The translations under genes were made by a program, and so were the position numbers. This document shows positions 57,553-64,000 of a stretch of DNA of 64,000 nt, piece by piece. The DNA is taken from assembly GCA_016432465.1 (NCBI GenBank), contig CP066690.1:57233-121232 (forward strand). The letters are read 5' to 3'. This DNA comes from Candidatus Sungiibacteriota bacterium. Its GTDB lineage: Bacteria; Patescibacteriota; Minisyncoccia; Sungbacterales; HO2-52-23. Every line of letters starts with the position of its first letter. The first letter of the stretch is position 1. The notes under the pieces are model-generated. The model was not told the origin of the DNA. It saw only the letters and a program-made list of their open reading frames with translations, and ran no database searches.

Positions 57553-57933
57553 GTGGGGTTAACTTTCTCCTACTACCAAAGGGCGAGAACACTGTTAAAG
57601 AAAATTATTATAACCACACTATCGGAGGGGGAAATAAAGTATTTTGCCGTGTTGAGGCCAGATGACCAAGCATTTTATCCCGATTTTATATTTCAGCTTA
57701 AAGACGGAAGTATAGGGATACTTGATATTAAATCGGGAAGAACTGCCGAAACTGGAGACGCCGCACCCAGAGCCGAGGCATTACAGAGGTTTATCACGAA
57801 GCAAAATAAGAGCGGCAAAAAGTTAATAGGCGGAATTGCCATTTATGTTAATGGCACTTGGCGATACAACGACAACGAAAAATACGAATATAACCCGAAA
57901 GATTTATCAAAATGGAAGGTGCTGGATTTATAG
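57553..57933 (+). CDS. hypothetical small protein, possible PD-(D/E)XK fold
   Basis: D...ILDIK(SG) pattern resembling D/ExK core; weak. Confidence 0.3.
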   Translation: MGLTFSYYQRARTLLKKIIITTLSEGEIKYFAVLRPDDQAFYPDFIFQLKDGSIGILDIKSGRTAETGDAAPRAEALQRFITKQNKSGKKLIGGIAIYVNGTWRYNDNEKYEYNPKDLSKWKVLDL

Positions 57934-57955
57934 TGAGTGGTGGAGTGGGGTAACT

Positions 57956-59005
57956 TTATTCACTTAACCAAAACCAGAATTTATTTTTTAATTCATTGCC
58001 AAATTTATGAGTATTCGCATGAGAAAGAACGCCGAGATAAGACTGGAGAGATTGTTCCAGTGTTCGTTTCGTAATAATACCGCTTTTGTATTCAGAAACT
58101 CTTTTATGCAGTTTCCTCAAAATTCGTTGTTTAGTTTTTCTCCGCAACAAGCGATGGTGTGGGAGAACAATATAGCCGAGAAAATCTACGCCCCAGTGCA
58201 ATTTGCGGATACTGACTTTTCTGGGATGAAGTTCCAAAGCCAGCCTATCGTGCAAAAATTTTCTGATTGGTTCAATAAGATTTTCAAGAAAAGTTTTGCT
58301 GTCAGAAATTATTACGAAGTCGTCTGTATAACGAACATAGTTTTTAATCTTCAAGCGGTGTTTAACAAATTGGTCAAACTCGTTGAGATAGATATTAGCA
58401 AAAAGCTGGGAAGTCAGATTGCCGATGGGCAGTCCCTTTGCTTGAAAAAGATTAGAGTATTCGGATTTGAGACTCTCTACGATTTCTTTAAGAACCAACA
58501 TCGCATCGGCGTCTTTGATTCGTTTTACAAGCAGGGTCATAAGAATAGTATGGTCAACCGTCCCAAAAAACTTCTTAATGTCGCATTTAAGAGCGAAGCA
58601 GGGCTTATGAATGTTGTGGCTGACCGCCTTCGTTATGCTGTCCAAAATATCTACTCCTTTATGCGTTCCTTTGCCCACACGACACGACAGCGAATGTGCG
58701 ATAAATGTCGGCTCAAAAATTGGATTAAGGACACTGAAAACTGCGTGGTGGAGCACTCGGTCTCTGACGATAGCTTTGTGAATGTGCCTCTGTTTGGGGT
58801 CTTGAATATAAAACGAAGTATATGTTCCGTGCTTATAATTTTTATTTTTCAAATCCCGATGAAGCTGAAAAATGTTTTGCTCAAACTCCCATTCAAACTC
58901 AACAACATCCCGTTTTTTCTTTTTATCGCTACTAAACTTATCCCACGCCGAAAACAGATTTTCCAGTGAGATGATTTTTCCAAAAACATTTTTATAGATT
59001 TTCAT
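57956..59005 (-). CDS. diversity-generating retroelement reverse transcriptase
   Basis: RT motifs incl. YTDD, and DGR-specific LPIGNLTSQ (IGxxxSQ); likely start MKIYKN at 59005 rather than track start 59104. Confidence 0.85.
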   Translation of the reverse strand: MKIYKNVFGKIISLENLFSAWDKFSSDKKKKRDVVEFEWEFEQNIFQLHRDLKNKNYKHGTYTSFYIQDPKQRHIHKAIVRDRVLHHAVFSVLNPIFEPTFIAHSLSCRVGKGTHKGVDILDSITKAVSHNIHKPCFALKCDIKKFFGTVDHTILMTLLVKRIKDADAMLVLKEIVESLKSEYSNLFQAKGLPIGNLTSQLFANIYLNEFDQFVKHRLKIKNYVRYTDDFVIISDSKTFLENLIEPIRKFLHDRLALELHPRKVSIRKLHWGVDFLGYIVLPHHRLLRRKTKQRILRKLHKRVSEYKSGIITKRTLEQSLQSYLGVLSHANTHKFGNELKNKFWFWLSE

Positions 59006-59008
59006 AAT

Positions 59009-59359
59009 ATGGATGATTTTGATATACCAATTTTCAAAATAACTTACGAGCTGTATAAGGAGTTTTATGCTTACCGAAATAATGTTAAGAAACAAGACCG
59101 CCATACGCTTTGGCAGAGATGCGAAAACATTACTTTAGATGTGTTGGAAAATTTGCTTTGGGCAAGTCAGCTTTCAAAGACTGAAAAACTACCCGTGTTA
59201 GAAAAAACCAGCGTCAAACTAAACTTTCTGCGAGTGTTCTTACGGCTTTGTAAAGAAGTAAAAGTTATTGATGTCAACAAATACATTAAGTGGCAGGAGA
59301 CGGTTGATGAAATCGGAAGACAGCTTGGTGGTTGGATTAGGTCAACTAAAGAGCGTTAA
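59009..59359 (+). CDS. avd: DGR accessory variability determinant (Avd, four-helix bundle)
   Basis: 116 aa; C-terminal ...WQETVDEIGRQLGGWIRS resembles bAvd ...EVGRILGSWIAR; divergent from RT. Confidence 0.65.
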   Translation: MDDFDIPIFKITYELYKEFYAYRNNVKKQDRHTLWQRCENITLDVLENLLWASQLSKTEKLPVLEKTSVKLNFLRVFLRLCKEVKVIDVNKYIKWQETVDEIGRQLGGWIRSTKER

Positions 59360-59406
59360 ATGAAATACCCTCGGAAAGGAGGGTATTTCACATTGACGGA
59401 GAATGA

Positions 59407-59524
59407 CTGCCGAGAGGCGGCCAGACCGATGTTGTAGTTGCGGTTGTCGTCCCAGTAGTTGTTGACATTGAGACCGTTCTCGTCGAAGTTGCCGACATTG
59501 ACACGGTTGCCGTCCGAAGTGACA
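59407..59524 (-). repeat. DGR template repeat (TR)
   Basis: 118 nt colinear with VR; all 15 mismatches fall on minus-strand adenines of TR. Confidence 0.85.
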
Positions 59525-59809
59525 TAGTTTGCCCATCCTCGTCCGTGGCACTGGAAATTGAGGTTTACTGCCATAAAGCTTATATCCTCTCCTTCCTGTA
59601 TTTTATTCGGGAGCAATCGATAGTATCGCTATCTCCACTAAAGATGAGCAAGAAGTTCTATCTCCATCTGGTTCACGCGCTATCGTAACCCGTAGGCGAC
59701 GATACTCTGGTGAAATCTCAAAGATGAGATGTCCTGCGAGGTGAAACCATAGCCGCACCTGCATTAGCAGAACATTTACAGAATAACTTTTTGAAAAACA
59801 AAAGAAAAG

Positions 59810-59839
59810 AGCCTCCGCCGAAAAAAATCGGACGGAGGC
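59810..59839 (-). terminator. GC hairpin + T-tract downstream of VR (DGR-associated hairpin / terminator)
   Basis: gcctccgccgaaaaaaatcggacggaggc; second hairpin gagggtcaagccctc at 59851-59866. Confidence 0.5.
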
Positions 59840-59879
59840 TCTAGGTTTCAAGAGGGTCAAGCCCTCAAGACTTCAAGGT

Positions 59880-60749
59880 TCAGAACTTCCGAGAGGCGGC
59901 CAGACCGATGTAGTAGTGGCGGCGGTCGTCCCAGTAGTAGTAGACATTGAGACCGCACTCGTCGAAGTAGCCGACATAGACACGGCGGCCGCCCGAAGTG
60001 ACACACTCGCAACGGGCATACCGTGAGAGGTTCACGAAGTTGCCTGTCTTACGGAAGACGAGCAGGTCTTTCGTGGCCTCGGTCATGGCAGACGGCACTT
60101 CGTAGTCGGCAGTGAGCATACGCACCTGCTCGTCGTAGGTCTTGTCCTCGGATTTCTGGACGATGTTCTGATGTAGCAGATACCACCTGAAGCTCATCGT
60201 GGTCTCCCTCGCAAACTTCTGCTCGGAATACCACGCACTCGGAGCGTAGGAGCCAAACTTCGGTTGCCCCGTGGCAGGATGAAGCTCCTGCAATTTCAGG
60301 ATGGTGAGCGGCTTGCCGTTGATGCGGTCTAGCCCCACGAAGGCGAAGTGGCAGTCCTTCACCACCTTGTCGCAGAGCGGGCAGGTGGAGTTGAGAATGT
60401 CCTCGCCCCACGGGAACTCGGCGACCTGACGGAGTTGCTTCTGACTGAAGTTCACGCCGTAGAGAGCTGACCAGTCCTCCACGCCAAAGAAGTTCTTGCC
60501 CATGACTGCACGGGCGAGCTTCTGGTGTATGGAGGCGTCGAGACCGCCTCGGAGCATGAACTCCGCCACCCGCTTGGCGTAGTCTGGTTCGGCACGAAGC
60601 CTTGCCAGATGGTCAGGGGTGACGCCGTGGTCTTGGAGCACCTTGAGAGTAGCCCCAAGCTCACCGAACTCTACTTTCCAGAGACCGCTTTGGGTTGTGC
60701 TTTTCATAGCACTTTCCTCCTTTTGTTGAATTTTCTCTCTTTGTCCCAC
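59880..60749 (-). CDS. DGR target protein (C-terminal variable CLec/FGE-like ligand-binding region)
   Basis: 289 aa; C-terminus CECVTSGGRRVYVGYFDECGLNVYYYWDDRRHYYIGLAASRKF parallels TR-encoded ...GNRVNVGNFDENGLNVNNYWDDNRNYNIGLAASR. Confidence 0.8.
   Translation of the reverse strand: MGQREKIQQKEESAMKSTTQSGLWKVEFGELGATLKVLQDHGVTPDHLARLRAEPDYAKRVAEFMLRGGLDASIHQKLARAVMGKNFFGVEDWSALYGVNFSQKQLRQVAEFPWGEDILNSTCPLCDKVVKDCHFAFVGLDRINGKPLTILKLQELHPATGQPKFGSYAPSAWYSEQKFARETTMSFRWYLLHQNIVQKSEDKTYDEQVRMLTADYEVPSAMTEATKDLLVFRKTGNFVNLSRYARCECVTSGGRRVYVGYFDECGLNVYYYWDDRRHYYIGLAASRKF
59886..60003 (-). repeat. DGR variable repeat (VR) at 3' end of target gene
   Basis: 118 nt; TR AAC (Asn) codons correspond to Tyr/His/Arg/Cys/Gly codons in VR. 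Confidence 0.85.
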
Positions 60750-61164
60750 TGAAGGACTTTAGAGAGAGGCAACCGTATCCGACGGCTTGCGGTCTCATCT
60801 CGGAATGAGACGAGCACCTTAGAAACCAAGTGTTTGGCGTCCAAAATGCTCGTCTCACTGATTTTCAATAAACACCATAATTATAGCAAATCGTCAACAA
60901 AAAGTCAATAGCGGTATTTTTCAAACAATAGTGAATGGTGCGGTAGGGTAAGTTTATGAGTTGGAATATTATCTCAAATCAGGGATATAAATATACGCAT
61001 TTTGTCGCTCAAAAATGGTTCTAACATTGTTCACAGTGCAGAGCGGGAATATGTGCAGAATTTGTATAATCCGTAGGCTTTAGTTCGTGAAATGGAGGGG
61101 GTATAAAAAGAGGCCGTAGCCCAAACAGGCCACGGCGCGCTGATTGTGCAATGAGCAGAAGCTC

Positions 61165-61704
61165 CTAGACCCCGCGTTGCCGCATTGATTCGAAGTGCTC
61201 ATAGGTTCCTGGGGTCTGACGCCTAAGTTCCTCAATTTCCTCAAGCACTGCAAGCGCCCAGCCCGCTGGTACAAGCACATCCTGTTCAGCGAATTGATCT
61301 ACATATCGTCTTCCACCACCGTCGCGCTTTTCCAGATCAGCCCGTCGCCATGGGAACCGACACTCCTCGAAAAACCTGAATCGGTTCGGCGAGTCATCAG
61401 GCTCGAGGATATATAGACCTCCTCCTAAGTCTGCGTACTGAAGAAGGAGTTCGCCGGGCGAGATCTTAGCCGCCACAGCTACTTCTTGGAGCTTTTCCCA
61501 CCCCCAATCTATGCCAGGGGGTTTCCCGCCGATATAACTCCTGACCTTGTAAACGGCGGGCTTTGCAACCCTTACCTCAACGATGCCGTAAAACACGTCT
61601 CCCTCCTTGCCGTCTGTTGACGGCTGGTTAGAAGGCTGTTTTGTGACACCCCACAGTCTGGGGCAATAATAGAATAATACTAGACGTATCATTTTGTCAA
61701 GCAC
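61165..61704 (-). CDS. hypothetical protein
   Basis: 179-aa ORF, moderately GC-rich, no family recognised. Confidence 0.4.
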   Translation of the reverse strand: MLDKMIRLVLFYYCPRLWGVTKQPSNQPSTDGKEGDVFYGIVEVRVAKPAVYKVRSYIGGKPPGIDWGWEKLQEVAVAAKISPGELLLQYADLGGGLYILEPDDSPNRFRFFEECRFPWRRADLEKRDGGGRRYVDQFAEQDVLVPAGWALAVLEEIEELRRQTPGTYEHFESMRQRGV

Positions 61705-61756
61705 AGGGCTTGTCGTGGAGGCGTGTCAACCAAGCATCATGGGTTTTCAATCAACC

Positions 61757-62722
61757 TTAAAATTTAGGCCAGCGCGCCGGATCAACTTGGTTGGGGTCGG
61801 AAAGGGCCAGGGTTTCCATCTCTGCTACAAGACCATACGGCAAAGGACCCCGCTCTGCCGCGCGAACCGCACTAGAAAGATGCCCAAGGTTATTCGTTCC
61901 AATGAGTATGGTGGAAATAAAAGGGTTGGATAGGGCAAATCTTATGGCAAAAGTCGGCAAGTCCACGCCATACCTTGCCGCAAGATCATATACTTGAGAT
62001 GCTACAGATGCTAGGGGTTGAAGAATCGGGGGGTAATTCAGGACCGCTCCGCTTAAAACTCCTTTTAAAAGCACGGACCGGTTGATAATGCCTACACCGT
62101 TAGAATAAGCAAGGGGTAGAACCCTACGACTCATCCGCTGATCAATAATGCTATAGGCAGTCTGCACTACCTCAAAAAAACCACCGCTAACTGCTGCCAA
62201 GGCCGCCTCCTCCCCCCTTGTGCTAATACCAACATGAAGCGCCTTACCCTCGTCTTTGAATTTCTGCAGAATATCTGTCAGTTCCCGCCCCGTGATATCT
62301 TCTGCGCTTCCGCCATGAAGCATAAGAAGGGGCAAAACATCCAGCTTGAGAATGCGGAGACTGTCTTCAACTTCTTTTCTGATTCTTCGTTCCACCTCAG
62401 CGCTTTCAGGACGCTCTCCTTTGTCCAAAAAACTCCCGCACTTGGTACCAATCACCACTCCCGGATTTTTGGCAATACCCGACTTCCCAATTCGCTCCTC
62501 GGCCAGACCGTAAAATGCCGCCGTATCAAAATAAGTGATGCCCATCCCCACCGCAATGTTTAATAGCCTGATGGCTTCTTTCTCGTCCGGAAGACTACGC
62601 TTCCCCAGCCCGTAGGCAAAACCAATTTCTGCTGTTCCAAGTCCAAGACGAGAAACAACCAAACCCGTTCTACCGAGAACACGGGTTGGAATCCTACTTG
62701 CTTCTTGCCAGCACAACATCAA
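61757..62722 (-). CDS. aldo/keto reductase
   Basis: AKR TIM-barrel pattern (YFDTAAFYG..., GISTRGEE...). Confidence 0.75.
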   Translation of the reverse strand: MMLCWQEASRIPTRVLGRTGLVVSRLGLGTAEIGFAYGLGKRSLPDEKEAIRLLNIAVGMGITYFDTAAFYGLAEERIGKSGIAKNPGVVIGTKCGSFLDKGERPESAEVERRIRKEVEDSLRILKLDVLPLLMLHGGSAEDITGRELTDILQKFKDEGKALHVGISTRGEEAALAAVSGGFFEVVQTAYSIIDQRMSRRVLPLAYSNGVGIINRSVLLKGVLSGAVLNYPPILQPLASVASQVYDLAARYGVDLPTFAIRFALSNPFISTILIGTNNLGHLSSAVRAAERGPLPYGLVAEMETLALSDPNQVDPARWPKF

Positions 62723-63992
62723 CTGCCTCCTCTAAAATATCAAGCCCCTCCTCGAGTGCGTCTTGAGCAATCGTGAGAGGCGGACCGATTTTTATTGTAC
62801 CGATATTGGTCTTAATTAGCAAGAGACCGGAAGCAATGCACCTTCGCACGATCTCACTGCAGGTTTTAACATCAAGGTCGTTGCTCTCTTTATTACCAAA
62901 ATGTATGCCGGCCAGAAGCCCACGGGAAGAAATAAATTTGATTCTTTCCGGATATTTACGCTGCAGTTTCTCCAGCCGTTCTAAAAGTATTGCTCCGAGC
63001 CTGTTCGATCGCTCCACTAATTTTTCATCATGCAACACCTCCAAATTTCCGATACCGGCAGCAACGGAAAGAACGTTACCGGTATGCGTACTGGTAACTC
63101 CGGCATGATTCAGTATCTCCCGCGGACCAAGCACTGCTGACAAGGGCAAGGAGGAAGAAATACCCTTGCCGCAGCAGACCAGATCCGCCTCCACCCCAAA
63201 ATGTTCATAAGCAAACCACATGCCGGTTCTACCAAAACCCGACTGCACTTCGTCAAAAATAACCAATACTTGATTGCGCTTGGCCCAAGAAGCAAGCGCC
63301 TGTACGTAACTTTTAGGGAAGAAACAAGCGCTCCAACCCTGATACGGCTCCATAAATACGGCGGCAATGCTCTCGCTTTTTACTCCCTTGGCTTCCAAAG
63401 CCGCAATTGACTCTTTAAAAAAACTGGCCCCATTAGTTTCGTCAATCCCACGGCGATAGTCCGGGTAGGGCAGATGGTAAATGGCCGGATCGTGCCATGG
63501 CATCCACACCTTGTCTTTAGGTTTCCCGCCTATCATTAAACTTCCCAGTGTTTTACCGTGAAAAGCATCCTCAAAGCCAATGATACCAACTTTGTGAGGA
63601 TTGATTTTTTGCCCATGAATACGGCTAAGTTTCAAGGCGCATTCGTTTGTTTCCGAACCAGTGGCATACAAAACAACCTGATTAAATTTTTGCGGGGTCA
63701 ATTCAAGCAGCAACTCAATAAACCGCAGTTTATCTTCGGTGGCATATAAATAATTGAAGAGGTGGCCTCGATCCAAACGCGCCTGAATAGCGGTCTTGAC
63801 GCGAGGGTGCGAGTGGCCGGTATTGGCCACAAAAATTCCTGAAGTGAAATCTATCCATTGATTGCCAAAGCGGTCAAAAACTAAAAAATCTTTGGCGCGA
63901 TCCCAAAGCACAAAGTCATCTTCACAGGTTGCTTCCGGCTCTAAGGTTTTGAGCCGTTGGATTATCCGAACGGCCTCCTGATTTTCTTCCAA
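62694..63992 (-). CDS. class III PLP-dependent aminotransferase
   Basis: DEVQSGFGRTG...CGKGISS (PLP-lysine) signature. Confidence 0.8.
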   Translation of the reverse strand: MEENQEAVRIIQRLKTLEPEATCEDDFVLWDRAKDFLVFDRFGNQWIDFTSGIFVANTGHSHPRVKTAIQARLDRGHLFNYLYATEDKLRFIELLLELTPQKFNQVVLYATGSETNECALKLSRIHGQKINPHKVGIIGFEDAFHGKTLGSLMIGGKPKDKVWMPWHDPAIYHLPYPDYRRGIDETNGASFFKESIAALEAKGVKSESIAAVFMEPYQGWSACFFPKSYVQALASWAKRNQVLVIFDEVQSGFGRTGMWFAYEHFGVEADLVCCGKGISSSLPLSAVLGPREILNHAGVTSTHTGNVLSVAAGIGNLEVLHDEKLVERSNRLGAILLERLEKLQRKYPERIKFISSRGLLAGIHFGNKESNDLDVKTCSEIVRRCIASGLLLIKTNIGTIKIGPPLTIAQDALEEGLDILEEAVDVVLARSK

Positions 63993-64000
63993 ATTTGAAA

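Noticed and set aside
59342-59860. ORFs 59342..59551, 59356..59616 and 59603..59860 between avd and the target
   Set aside because: They overlap the non-coding TR and VR-proximal hairpin region; the Asn-rich translation is a by-product of the adenine-rich template repeat

Overview
This 64-kb window reads as a small-genome, CPR/Patescibacteria-like bacterial fragment with about 46-48% GC, standard genetic code and TGA stops. The phylum assignment is an inference from gene content and rRNA architecture. Housekeeping content: rpmE, prfA, rplY, fba, a pentose-phosphate cluster (split transketolase N/C, rpe, rpiB), a PfkB kinase, FtsW/RodA, efp, secDF, and metK preceded by a SAM-I riboswitch. Also present are an aldo/keto reductase and a class-III aminotransferase. 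Four loci stand out. First, a 23S-5S rRNA operon on the minus strand (about 21.2-28.0 kb) lacks a linked 16S and carries roughly 3.5 kb of insertions, including a LAGLIDADG group-I intron and an insertion inside the sarcin-ricin loop. It also carries three antisense promoter-to-terminator cassettes, two of which encode small zinc-ribbon-like proteins. Second, a complete diversity-generating retroelement (57.9-60.8 kb) comprises an RT with the IGxxxSQ motif, an Avd on the opposite strand, a 118-nt TR/VR pair with adenine-specific differences, and a target gene. Third, a minus-strand cluster (30.9-39.3 kb) holds two tandem VirD4/TraG-like P-loop ATPases, a GIY-YIG nuclease, a 585-aa Cys-rich zinc-ribbon protein, a 439-aa membrane protein and a sigma70-region-4/HARE-HTH regulator. 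Fourth, several secreted repeat proteins occur: a triple-PA14 protein, an 886-aa Cys-repeat protein, a serine protease and an SLT-domain protein. Other oddities: two compositionally foreign GC-rich islands, several repeat and hairpin families with compensatory changes, a nuclease gene flanked by direct repeats, and a probable frameshifted membrane-protein gene. Coordinates derived by eye are approximate to a few nucleotides.
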